From: Jimgerdemannia flammicorona
Lineage: Eukaryota
Assembly: GCA_003990765.1 (NCBI GenBank)
Contig: RBNJ01000074.1
Span: forward strand, 1 to 43,831
Direction of reading: 5' to 3'
DNA: 43,831 bases
A program made the position numbers and the translations under genes. Below are positions 11,215 to 23,800 of the stretch, one piece after another; the first letter of the stretch is position 1; every line of letters starts with the position of its first letter. Under the pieces are notes generated by a model, which ran no database searches, had not been told where the DNA came from, and saw nothing but the letters and a program-made list of their open reading frames with translations.

Positions 11215-11610
11215 TTGCACCCCAAGGCCAAACCCCCAACCAAGGCCCACCCAGAAGATGTAGAGTATAACCTCTACAGTCTGGAGGATGAATCTATCAA
11301 ACCTAGAAAGACCTTCATGATCAGAACCAGATTAGCCATACAGCCATCTCAGGGGGCTTATATCCAACTGACCTTAAGGTCTGGACTTGCCAGACAAAGA
11401 ATAACTATAGAAGGAGGAACCATTGACTCAGGATACACAGGCAAGATCAAGGTCATCCTATACAACAGAAATACAGAATGGCACCAAATTATTAGAGGAC
11501 AGAAAATTGCTCAAGCAGTCTTCATGAAGATCAAAACTCCACAATTGGAAGAAGTCTCTGAACTAGTTGAAAGAACAAGACAACCTAAAGGATTTGGAAG
11601 TTCAGATAGG
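11215..11610 (+). pseudogene. dUTPase domain within Gypsy B pol
   Basis: LRSGLARQ, GGTIDSGYTGKIKVIL, GQKIAQAVF and RQPKGFGSS; motif 1 has decayed (DVEYNL). Confidence 0.9.
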
Positions 11611-12014
11611 AAGGAAGTATATCTCCTTCAAGTCAACTACCTCAAAAGGAATATTCTCCAACAAGTGTACCAGCAACCAGTCAGACTATACAAGAATCTG
11701 ATCCTGGAGCCTGGAGAACAAACTACCTTTCAAACCTTTGTACCACCCAATCCCAGAAACCTTTTCTTCAAGCCCAAGGAAGATATTCCCCATCTGGATA
11801 TAGAGGGATATACATTCTCTGATAAGATGAACCTGGTACACTCCCGAGCAACCAACCAAAGTTGGGAAACCATCATTTTGCTGAAAGGAACCATTATAGG
11901 GCACCTGGTACTCTTTCTTAACTGAACTTATAGAGAAGTTTATGAACTAAACCTATCAGGAAACGGCAAAAGGTCCTAGAAGAAAGGAAAGGCCCCTCTG
12001 CGACCCAGGAGACA

Positions 12015-13410
12015 GTGAAGCCTTCCACCAACATTGGAGAAGAATTGACACCTCAACAACAACAACAACTAGTAGAACTTCTCATCAAATATCAAGATAT
12101 CTTCACTACTGATTATAGCAACCTGCCATACAATCTATCATATCATTACAGCATAAATACAGGAAATGAAACACCCATCCAGCAGAAACCCTATAGAATA
12201 TCCCATCACTTGAAAACATTTGATAAAGAGCACATTTAAGAACTTTTAGACAATGGGGTCATCTGACCCTATACTAGTCCCTGGGCTAGCCCTATACTTA
12301 TTGTACTAAAGAAAGGAGGATGGAGACTCTGTGTGGATTATCCAAAACTCAATTCAGTCACCAAAAAGGATGCCTATCCTTTGCCCAGAATTGATGACCT
12401 TTTGGATCAGCTACAAGATGCCAGATACTTCAGCAGTATAGACCTCTTTGCAGGATTCCACGAAATCCCCATAGACCCAAAAGACATTCAAAAGACAGCC
12501 TTCCTTGCTCTAGGAAAACTATTTGAATATCTCCGAATACCCTTTGGACATTGCAATACACCCCCCACCTTTCAGAGGATGATGAATTCAGTCTATGCTC
12601 CCTTGATCCACCACTGCCTGATTGTATACATGTATGATTTCAATATCTATTCAGCAAAATTCGAAGAACACCTACACCATCTAGAGAAATTCTTCAAGCT
12701 CCCCCATAAGAACCACTTAAGGCTGAATGCAAAGAAATGCTACTTTGGGAAACAGAAACTTGAATTTCTCAGATTTATAGTTTCAAAAGAAGGAACCCAT
12801 ACAGATCCAAAGAAAACTAAGAAGATCAACAATTGGCCAAAACCCAAAACTCTGAAAGAAACACTATCATTCCTGATGCTAGTATCCTACTACAGAAGGT
12901 TTATCAAAGACTTTGTCCAAATCACAACCCCAATTTGAATCCTTTTCAAGAAAGGAGTACTATTCAAATAGACAGAAATACAAGAAAAAGCCTTTAGAGA
13001 ACTTAAGAACTGCATGACTATAGCACCAAACCTTGTGTACTCCAATCTACAAAAGCCATTCATCTTGTATACAGATGCTTCTAAAGATGGCCTTGGAGCA
13101 GTTCTGACCCAAGAAGGACCCAATCAACAGCACCATGTGATAGCTTATGCAAGCAGAGCTACCAACCAGCACCAGACAAATTTTGGTAGTACCAAACTAG
13201 AATGTCTTATAGTCATATGGGCAGTCACTCTGTTCAAGCATTATCTTATTGAAAAAAGATTCACCCTGATTACAGACCATATAGCCCTCAAATGGCTATT
13301 CAACTACAAGGAACCCACTGGAATCCTAGCCCACTGGATCCTTATCCTTCAGGATTACAAAATCACCATTATTTACAAAGTAGGGAAAGCCCACAACAAT
13401 GTTGATTACT
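12015..13410 (+). pseudogene. Gypsy B reverse transcriptase and RNase H
   Basis: SPWASP, CVDYPKLN..TKKDAYPLPRIDDLL, PFGHCNTPPTFQRMMN, VYMYDF, FILYTDASKDGLGAVLTQ, LITDHIAL. Confidence 0.95.
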
Positions 13411-13449
13411 TTTTCACTAGCTCTAATGAACTAGAAGAAGGGTGTCCCA

Positions 13450-14480
13450 AGGAACTACACCCTAAAGGAAGCTCCTCAGACCATCAAGGCACAAGAAGAT
13501 CTCATCCAAAAAGAACATCAGAAAGCTCATTAAGGACAGGCAAATATAGAAAAGGAGTTGCAAGCAATACACCAACATTGGCCCAACCTCAGAACACAAG
13601 TCTGGAACATAGTTAAGAAATGTGACACCTGCCAGAAGTACCAAGGAAGGAAGAACTATCAAGCTCCACTGCAACCAATCATACCACTAGATAACATCCT
13701 TCAGAGATGGGGAGTAGTTATAATTGGACACCTACTGGTTATACCAAGAAGAAACAAATATATTGGAACATCTGACCAAGTGGCCCAAGGCTTTTCCAAT
13801 GGAAATCACAGATGTTTTAACCATTGTAGGCCTCCTCCATGAACTCACACTTAGATATGGACTCCCAGAAGAACTTATCTCTAACTGAGGCACAGAATTC
13901 ATCAATAACATAATTACAAGTTATGCCTGAATTCACAAGATCCACCTCAAAAGGACCACATCATACCACCCTCAGACCAATGGCATGACAGAGAGAATAA
14001 ACCAGACCATCAACAAAGAACTTACCCAAGTCAATCCTACAAATTGGGACCTCTGCTTACCTGAGATCCTATGGGAAATTTGGAACACCCCTGCTGCCTC
14101 CACTAAACAAAAGCCATTTGAAATGATATTTGTCAAGAAAACCAGAACTGCTGACCATGAGAATCTTAGAGACCTCCTCAAGAAGGCAGAACAGTTATAT
14201 AATCAGGCCCGAGGTCAGATTATTAAAGCCCAAGAAAGATAAAAGAAGTACTATAACCAAAGACAGAAGGATCAGGAGATCAAGATTGGAGATCGAGTAC
14301 TAGTTTGGAGGAGCATAATTGAAATGAATTTTGCCACCAAACTGGAACCCAAATGGGAAGGACCTTATCTTATATGTATATAACATCAGAGGAACCAGCA
14401 TCTATTTAAGAAGTATGGATGGACAAATCCTGAGAACACTAGTATACATCAATCATCTCAAGATATACCTTTCCCCACAT
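13450..14480 (+). pseudogene. Gypsy B integrase
   Basis: WPNL..VKKCDTCQK zinc-binding half, GTEF, YHPQTNGMTERINQT and the KLEPKWEGPY (GPY/F) module. No chromodomain seen. Confidence 0.92.
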
Positions 14481-14481
14481 C

Positions 14482-14997
14482 ATGAATCAGAGAATTGACA
14501 ACTGCCTTCAAACTCTTATTTTCAGCTCATTTCAATCACTACCAGTTCCCCTATCCCAATTCTGAGAAGTCAATGGAAATACTCTCCAAAAGATCCAGAT
14601 TCACCAAGAGAATCTTGTCCTGGCCAGACAGTTGCTATAGGTCTACCAACTCCAGACCCATTATGCCATTGGAGAACAATTGCAGAACCTCCCAGTTCCA
14701 GAACAAACATACATCAGAAATACCACAGGACTATTAAGAAGAAATACCACTACTGCAGATAGGCTGTACACTCTTTATAAGCAAAACTCTGCAGCCCTGA
14801 TACAAGTACAATTCTCCTGACATAATGCATAAGGAATGAACCTAGCCATCTACCAGAGCATCATCAATGCTGTTGAAATACTATTCCCAGAGAAAGAAGA
14901 AGAACCTTTAGAATAGAGCAATCATGATATAGATGATAAAGATGATAGAACAGATATTGATGCAGAAGATGCTTATTCATACTGGAATGATGACTAA
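14482..14997 (+). pseudogene. Accessory ORF3 of element B between integrase and PPT (171 aa, acidic tail)
   Basis: A single frame from ATG 14482 to TAA 14997. Its 5 internal stops are each one C-to-T change from CGA/CAG/CAA. Missed by the ORF track. Confidence 0.7.
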
Positions 14998-15037
14998 AGG
15001 ACAGTCTGAGGACAGACCATTCTTTAGTGAGGGCTGA

Positions 15038-16341
15038 TGTGACAAACTAAGACATACTACCCAAATTACACCTTAGCTAGATAATACAAACAATTAGCTA
15101 AATGACGTGAATACATAGTGTAGTAACTAGCAACCATTGCTGTGGAAACTGTATAAATAGCTAGACTACCAGATAAGGTACATATATACAGGACCTGCAC
15201 ACCTGTATAGGACCTGCACAACCTGCCATAAGTAGCAAATCTATAGTTAGCCATATAGCAACCAGATAGCAACCAACTTGTATAAATTACCCTAGAGACA
15301 AGAGTGAATAAACCTCAGTTCCAAAATACAAAGCAAAAGACAAGTCTGCCTACTATACTTTGAGAGATATATCTGCCAAAAGCCACTTAATCCTAAAGAA
15401 ATTGAATTGGAACACTTAGGAGAAACACCTGATCTACAGTCACTACTAGGAGATTGTAAGCTTGCTCCTTTCCCACTTTGGTCCACTTTCCAATACAAAG
15501 AACAAGTCCATTTTCAAGAGAAGCCTGCTATGATTTGATTTGCTTACCAGATAAGCCTGAAGATTTAATGCCAAGTTCAAGGAAGAACTTTGCCATCTTT
15601 TGAGTAATCTGCTACTTAAGGAATAAGCTACTGTTTTCAAGAACTTTGCTGATTCAGAAAGAATTCATATTATCTGCTATTTCTAAATTATCCACTATAT
15701 TTCCAGCAGAAGCTACCATTTCAGAAGGAACCCATGCCACCCATTATTCCCAGAAGAGCCTGATTTGTGACACTCAAGTTATTTGTTCCCAGTGAGCCCA
15801 AGTTATTGAGTTATCTACTACTAGTACAATTCTCAGTAAAAAGAATCCACACCATCCTCTATTCTCAGTGAGCTGAATCAAGTTATCTACTAGGAATCAT
15901 ATACTTTCAGAAATTGCTGTAGAAAAAGTACTAAAATTTGCTATCACTTAAGAAAGAAAAAGCACTAAAATTGCCAGACTATCATACACAAGATCATCAT
16001 GCTACACAGAAATTGCTCACCATCCAAGAAGGAAGACTGCTAAATTGCCAGACCATCATGTGCAAGATTGTCATACTATATATGAAATTCTGCCATTCCT
16101 TGACCCAAGAAGGAAACCCATTCACACAAATCACTGCTATATCTAGAGAACCATCCTAATTAGAAAATCAACACACAAATTGCTTGTAGATATCCAGCTT
16201 TGACTATTATACTACTTAACACCAAGGACCTCAGGAATCTTAAAATATTTTGTTACTTTTGACAAAGTAACTGGGAGCTCAAGCCAAACTACATTTACCC
16301 CCAATCTTGTAATTTGCCTCCATTGAGCCAGATATGTTACA
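15038..16341 (+). repeat. 3' LTR of element B
   Basis: TG...CA ends, preceded by a decayed purine tract AGTGAGGGCTGA (15026-15037). Confidence 0.93.
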
Positions 16342-16468
16342 GTAGTAATCTGGTATAATATATATAGATAATTTTGGTAGACCTTTTGTATAAAATAGAT
16401 TTCTCATTAATTTGACAATTTCTTTCTTAATTAGATTGTATAGTGAGATAGATTCCTTATATGTTTAT

Positions 16469-17998
16469 TGTCATATAGTAGTCACTGAGTCCTTCAAATA
16501 TGTCAGGTTCTCTTCAAGATATATCTCTTAGACTAACTACAAGTTTGTTATAAGCAAGTTCTTATTGAAGTGCCTTCCCAAGGTCTTATAGTCCTCAAAC
16601 TTCTTATTTTTAAACTGTCTTGTTATCTCTTAGATTGTTTGTAAGAAAGTATGTATATTGTACTGAGAGGAACTGACTTTATTTCAGAGGAAATAAGAGG
16701 GATATTTATACAAAATTTAATTCAATAGTTGCTAAGATATAAAGCTAAATATAAATTTCAATAACTAAAATAAAATTCCAGGACAGAAATCTACTAAGTT
16801 CCAGAGTTGGCACTGATGGTTGTACAGATTCAGGATGCTGGTATAATTCAGTATTATCTCAGAATACTATTGCTGGCACAATTTGATATTATATCAGAAT
16901 ACTGGTACTGATATAATTCAGTATTACCAAAGAACTTTAGAGCAGAATGTTCAAGACCATAAGGGCTTCATCCTCATCAGAGGTCAGGATGTCTTCAAAG
17001 GAGATGAGGTCTATGAATTCATCATCATCATATAGATTGTGTGTTTTGTATATATTGTGTGAGATGATATTATTACCAATGATGTCATCATGTTTGGTGG
17101 CAGCAGTGGCAGGAACAAGGAGATCTGGAGCTCTCCAGTCTATGAGGTTCTCTTCTGCAAAATAGGGAACAAATGTGGGGTCTTGGGGAGGTCTAATCTG
17201 GATACTTGGGCCTTGGAATATTGAGATCAATCCTTGCAGAAATTGATCTGGGTTATTCTGGAGAATGGGATGCCAGAAGTCTTCTACTTCATCACTATTG
17301 AGGGTGATAGTGGACTGGGCTTCTGTAGCTACTCTGGCTTCTAGTGCATTGATATGGCAGGCTGACAGATCTCTGAAATCGGAGACTCTAACATACTCCA
17401 AGTTAGAGATTGACCATAGTATATATCTTAAGACTGATAGATCTTCTTATCTGTTCTTATTTCATGTATATCCATGGGAGTGGCATCTTGTAGCTCTTGA
17501 GTGCTGGCCTGTGGGAACTCCCAGCAGAGGAGGTTTCCTATTTCATACTCCTGCCACATTTAGAGACAATGGTGATCCTTGTTTCTATTTTATAGTGATA
17601 GAGGATAAAGTGATAAGGATCTGTAGTACTCAGGTTGATACTAGGAGTACTTCTTGTGTGGGTCCTTATGGCTCTTCTGATGTCTTGGAATATCCTTTCT
17701 TCAACTGAGGTACCTTGGTGATTCCTTGACCTTGAGGTTTGGTAAGTAGCAGGCATTTTATTTGTAGTAAGTCTTTGAGCTATTTTGGGATTAGTGGGTC
17801 TTATTGGTTGCTGTTACTGTGGTTTCTTGATCTTTCTTTAATATTTCCTGAGATGCTTGTACTGTGGTCACAATGACTCACAGTTGGTCATTATTACTCA
17901 TCTTGTATACTGTATGATTTTCTTGTACTCTGATCTGATGGCTTGCAAGGAAAGACTATCTCTTGTACTGATGTCATCATTCTAGAGTCACTGTTACA
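16469..17998 (-). repeat. Solo LTR of family A
   Basis: TG...CA ends and colinear with 3938-5488. No PBS or PPT adjacent; flanks TTAT/ATAT (possible 4-bp TSD with one mismatch). Confidence 0.9.
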
Positions 17999-18284
17999 AT
18001 ATATAACTTCTGTATAATATTTCTAATCTTAATATTATACAGATAATTTGGCAGATTTCTTAATTAGGTAGATAACTTATATAATATAGATTCTTCCTAA
18101 ATCAGCAGACATCTCTTCTTTATTAGAAAGTAGACTAGAATAGAAATAGGACAAAGCTCACAGCTTCTCAGTAGTAGCTTATTGATAGATATATCTTTTA
18201 AGTATCTCTCTCCAGTACCATTCAGGTTACACAACCTTTGGAAGGCACTTACAACATCATTTTTGGAGAAAAGAGACTAGTAAC

Positions 18285-20309
18285 ATGGCAATCAACAGGC
18301 AATCTGAGGTGTGTACTGGGCAGGGTGGCCCAAGTGCTTTTGAATAGCAGCAGGTGGAAAGGGGCCTGGGCCTAGGGGGGGATATGAGAGGACTGCTGGT
18401 GGGAGGATGTGGAAGGGGTAGAGGTACTGGTAGAGACCAAGGGTCTGGGAGGGTGAGCTTTGTGGAGGGAGTGAGGGGAAGACAGCAGGTGTCAGGGCTG
18501 GAGGGCTGGCTGCAAAAGGGCAAGGAGAACAAGTAGGTGGTGGGGCATGGGGGAGTAGCCCTTGGAAGAGGGGGCAGTGGAGCTGGGGGAGTAGCAGCTG
18601 GGGGGAGTGTGACTGCTGATGGTGATGAGACTGCCAATCTGGAAAAAAATCCAGATGTGATAGCTGATGGCAAGGCTGAGTAGCTGAGGCTTAGAAGATA
18701 AGGGGATTTGGCAGATGGTGTAACAGGCCTAGCAGTGGCCCCATTACTCAAAAAATCGATCTCAGCATTCGTGGTTACACTGTGCTTTCAAGGCTTAGCA
18801 GTGATGATGAAAATGATACTGGGGCTTATTGCTAAGCAGGTGGCAGGAGCTGCATCAGTGAAGTTTTTAAAGGGACTGGAGGGTATGGAGGTGGGTTTTG
18901 AGGAGGCTGAGCCACTGGAGGATGCACTGAAAGTTGGGTTGGTAGTTGGGGAGGTGTGTATTCCAATAGCATGGTACCTGAAATGGGATCTGAGGGTGGT
19001 CCAACTGCTGGTGAAAGGAGTGCCCATGGTGATAGCAGGGGAGATAAGAAAGAGAGTTGAAGAAGTCATGGCAGAATATGGAGAGGTGGTGGATATTGGT
19101 TTCAGGGTCTGGGAAGGGACCTCACTCAGAACTAGTGATGTGGATGTGAGGATTCAACTGGCAGGGAAAGAGGCTACTGGGAAGGCAAGGGACTGGCCTT
19201 CAGTGATGGTCTGGGGAGCAATTTTGTGCAAGGTGATGAGGGTGAAGAGAAGTAAGGAGGAGAAAGAGAATTTATTAGAAGCACTTGAAGAATTGAGTGG
19301 TACTATAAAGTGGTGAGCTATAGCTTGGAAGGCCTTTGTGGAGTCGATGCACTTGGAGGTAGTAGATGGAAAGTGGATTTGAGTGGACAGGGTGCAGTGG
19401 GAAAGAGTGCAGAGGCAAAAGAGATAGAGGGATCTGCTGGCTAAACTGGGAGGCAGACCACTGGAGGATGAGGACAAGATGACAGGCATGGAGGGGGCCA
19501 AAACGAGTACCTGGGCTAGCAAGCAGGGTGGAAATGATGGGAAGGAGACAGGGAAGGAGAAGGAGGTGATAGTTGGTGACCTGTATGCTGATGGTACCTT
19601 TGAGGTTTGGGAGGAGACCTGGGAGGACTCCCCCACCCCTTCTTCTCTTATCAGGTATGGCCCAGCTTTCTGAAACAAGGTAGTGGAGGATGTGGCAATG
19701 AGGGGGGCTCAAAGGGTGAAATCTGGTGTTCCAGAGGTGCTGACTGAGGAACAGATAGTGGTGGCCAGAGAGGAGGAACTGGTGGATGTCCCTGAGGTGT
19801 GGGATGAGGTTGTGAGTGCTGGAGCTGACACCACAATGCTGGACAGAGGGAGGCCAGTGACCCCTGGAGGGAAGGAGGTGGGGAACCTACTTTGGATATA
19901 CAGAATTATGAATAACCTGGTGGCAGAAGAGTTGGGGGAGGTGGACTTGCGAGTGATGGGGAATGAGCACTGGGCAAGGATATTGCAGGGGGATGGAGTG
20001 ATGATGGCACTGAAGGCAGAAAATCTTGTGGTATATCTGGAGGAGGAAGGGTATGAGATGGACAAGGAGCAGGAGGCAGAGATGGTGGTTGTCACTGGGG
20101 AGAGGGCTGAATACTGCTGGAACAAGTGTCATGGATTGCAGCTTTGGCAGGAGGCATGCATTGAGTACCAGGAGGAATTTGAGGAAAAGGTGGATGGGGA
20201 GATGACCGAGATGTTGGCTGGATTGGAGGCTCAGAGGGTGGAAGAGGAGGAGATGATGGCAGAACATAATCTGGATATGGCACAGGAAGTGATAAACATA
20301 GAGCAGTAG
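18285..20309 (+). pseudogene. LINE ORF1 (about 674 codons, one frame, premature stops)
   Basis: Track ORFs at 18354, 18708, 19479 and 19683 are all in frame with ATG 18285. A central LLVKGVP...EYGEVVDI segment resembles an ORF1 RRM; the C-terminus is Glu-rich. Confidence 0.75.
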
Positions 20310-20339
20310 AGATTGACTGAGAACAAAACATACTTCATT

Positions 20340-23300
20340 ATGAACAGTATAACCAACATTTTTTCTTTGAATGTGAATGGGTTATGGGGTGCAGTTAGAT
20401 GTAGGAACATTTTTACTTGGCTGAAGGGATTGGAGGCCGATCTCTTCCTCATGCAGGATGTCAGGGGTGAGGATGATTCTAATAGGATGGAATGGACAAA
20501 GGAATGGGGAGACATGGTGATTTGGAGAGGTAAGGTTGGGATTCTGGTTCAGAAGGGCAGAGGGGAGATATGAGATATGAGGAACTGAGAGGAGAGACTG
20601 GGGTGGATGTGCTTGGGGGAGATTTCAATATGGTTCGGGATATACTGATAGATAGAACTAATGGAGGATGGGGTGCTGAGAGCAGGAGTGGGGTACTGGC
20701 AATGTGGGAGGAAGTAGAAAGACTTAGTGCATAGTAGATGCTGGTAGGGGGTACTGGGGGGATAGAAGGGTTTATACACATTGGGTTGGGGGCCTGTGGA
20801 CTAGGATCGACTGGATTCTAACAGCCAGCTGCTGGGGATGAGATGTCTGGAAGGTGCTGGAGGTGGGATCACTGGGGCCTTTTGGGACAGGGGTGCTTTG
20901 GGGGAAGTGAGGATGGACCTGGACATTGGCACCTAAATTCCTCTATGTTAGATGATAAGTCTCAGTGGAATGAGTGGACTAAAAACATTCAGCTGAGGGT
21001 GGAGAACTGGCAACAGGAGGGCACTTTCATTGAGGTTTGGTGGATGAGTATGAAAGAGTTGGCCAGGATTTACTAGAGTGAGGCAGGTAAGGAGGTGGGG
21101 AAGCAGAGAAGGCATAGAGTGCAGTGGGCTTCTACTAGATTGACTAGGCTTCTGGAGGAGTGGGCAAGACTGGTAATGTTGGAAAGAGAAGATGATTAGA
21201 GAGTCTTGAGAGTGAAGATGGAAGTTGGAGAACTACAACAGGTGCTGAAGGAAGAGAAAGAGGCAAGGGTGCAAAGCTTGGTGGCATGGCTTCATTGGCA
21301 GGTACTGGAGGAAGGGGAGAGGCCTTCCAAGTTCCTCACAAAGGCCCTTAGGGCAAGAAGGGTATAACAATGGTGGGAAGGGGTACTTGACTTGGATGGA
21401 GTACTAGTGTATGGGGTGCAGGACATTCTTGGATCATTGAAGGAGCAATGGAGTGATTTGTAGAGTGAGGAGAAGGGTGGGGTGGATGCTAATGCCATTG
21501 ACCAAACATTGGAGGATTGGTACCTACTACAGGTAGAGGGGCTAGGCAATCTGGTGATACCTGTAACAGAGGATGAGATCCACCAGGTTCTTGCCACGAC
21601 AACCCCAGGTATGGCACCTGGGGAGGATGGTCTGCCCTGGGGCTTCTGGAAGCGAATGGTTGGAGTCTCAGGTATGATAAGAGAGATGATGGCATTGTGT
21701 GACTCTATACTCCAGACAGGGAGATGGGTGGGGGAGCAGGACCTTGGACTGGTAACACCACTTTATAAGAACAAAGGAAGGTGTGAATATTGGAAGAACT
21801 GGCAGCCAATAATGTTGCTAGACATGGACAGAAAGCTGGTGACCAAAGTGGTGGTTGCAAGGCTACAGAAGGTGGCCTAGCAAGTGGTGGGTGTTGAACA
21901 GAGAGGATTTGTGGGTAGTTGACTCATAAGGGATGGCACAGCCTGGGTACATGGAGTTATTGAAGGGGCTAGAGCCTATGGACTAGACAGATGCCTAGTC
22001 TTCTTAGATCAGGAGAAGGTTTATGACCGGGTATGATGAGTCTGGCTGGCAAAGGTACTGGATAGAACAGGGGTACCATGCTAATTTTGGGCAGCAATGG
22101 TCAGCCTACTGGAAGGGAGTAGGGCTGCACTCATATATAATGGACATAGAGAGATAGCATTCTCCCTGGGTAGGGGAGTGCCCCAGGGGGACCCACTGTC
22201 CCCCATTTTGTACACCCTTTCCCTGGAACCTCTGATGGACAAAATTAGGCAAAGGATAGTGGGGCTCTCTATCTATGACATTGGGTGGAAAGTTGGGGCC
22301 TTCATGGATGACATGGTGGTTGGTTTGGGATCAATTGCCAATGTAGAGGAGCTCAAGAAGATAGTGGAATAGTATGAGGAGAACTCTGGGGCTAAGTTGA
22401 ATTAGCACAAGTGTGAAACAAAGATACTGGGCAACAGACTGATGGGAGGGGAAGTTATAGGAACAATCATCCCCACTGGTGAGGCAGTGTGGTACTTGGA
22501 CATCTATTTGTCAGTCTTGGATCGATTCAGCCCAGACTTTGGTGGGAGCAGAGAATTGGCATTTGGGAGGAGGACCTGTGGGGTTGGGGGGGAAGGCACT
22601 TTTCTCTAGTGGGGTAGGTCTCGATTTTGAATGTATATTGGTTGCTGAAGCTGTGGTATTTGGCTTACTATCTGGATTTCCCAGTCTGGGTGGTGAAGAG
22701 ATTGTTGAAGGTGGCAAAAGGATGGATTTGGGCAGGCAGAAGGAGTCAGATTGGTTAGGAGACCTTATCCCTACTGGTGGCAAGAGGTGGTCTTGGGCTA
22801 GTGGATTTTTTCAAATGACTTCACTGCTTGAAGGCATGGTGGCTAAAGAGGGCAGTGGAGCTGTGAGGAGGAGGATGGGTTCCTCTACTGCAGAAGATCT
22901 GGGAGAGGTAGACATCGCTGAGAGGCTCAACTGGCAATCTCCTCTCACTAGTTGGACTTTGAAATACTGAACTATTGCAATATAGAGGATTCTGGTGGGG
23001 AATAGTAAAGGGGGCTCACTGCATTAATATTCACTGGCAGGGGAATGAGGGGAAGGTAGCTTGGGACCTGGTAATGTGGAGATGGGATAGTTTACTACTG
23101 GGTAGTATTCCTTTAATTAAGTTTGATATTGGTGATAGAATAGAATACCAAAGGGGACCAGGCCAGGATCTGTGGCCTAGCAGTTGGCAAGGAGTTGGAA
23201 TTGGAGAAGAGTGGAACTAGTAAGGTGTTTGGACCTAGAGTGCCACAGTGTATAAGTGGATGTCACCGAAGTATTGGGTGGTTTGGTGGCAAATGCTGTG

Positions 23301-23800
23301 GAGGAATATAATGCTCAACTTCCACTCAGGGTACTTTATTATAGGGGGTTGCTTCAACTGTGAGGAGTGCCATAATGTAGAGCAGAAAGGGGGCTTCATA
23401 CAGACACCAGAACATTGGCTAGGAGAGTGTGAGGTGTTGGAGGACTTTTGGCAGACTATTGGAGAACACTTGGGGGTGAGGTGTAGGAGAGGTGAAGTAT
23501 GGGGGAGGTGGGAGGACTTGAGAGATCAATTGGTAGAGGGGGTAGGAAAGGAATGGCTTACCTTAGGCTGAGTGGTGGCCATTTGGGTGGGGCTGGCCAG
23601 TTACTGGCTATTTGTTTTTGAGGATGGGAGGAGGCAGGATTTGGAGTACTGGTTGTTGTAGTGGCAGAGTCTTATAGAGGACACCTTGATGGGCTGGTGA
23701 CTTGGTTGGGGGCTGCAGGGTGGTTGGAGGCACCACTTGGTGGAGAACATCTGTGGACAGAGTGGTGGAAGAGTTGGTATTGTTGGGGAGAAAGTGATCT
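20340..23800 (+). pseudogene. LINE ORF2: APE endonuclease, RT, C-terminal Cys/His motif
   Basis: SLNVNGL, LMQD, GGDFN, RIDW; PGEDGLP, NWQPIMLL, FLDQEK.YDRV, GVPQGDPLSPILY, AFMDD; CEEC...TPEHWLGEC. Confidence 0.92.

Larger units (their letters stand above)
6193..16341 (+). mobile_element. Full-length Ty3/Gypsy LTR retrotransposon, family B (about 10.1 kb, inactivated)
   Basis: LTRs at 6193-7461 and 15038-16341 with a near-TSD GTAA/GTAG. Internal order: PBS, gag-CCHC, PR, dUTPase, RT, RNase H, IN, extra ORF, PPT. Confidence 0.95.

Noticed and set aside
14482-14997. ORF3 as a retroviral env
   Set aside because: Too short, with no signal peptide, furin site or transmembrane anchor.
18257-20781. 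Pro/Ser-rich minus-strand ORFs
   Set aside because: They are antisense shadows of the G-rich LINE sense strand.
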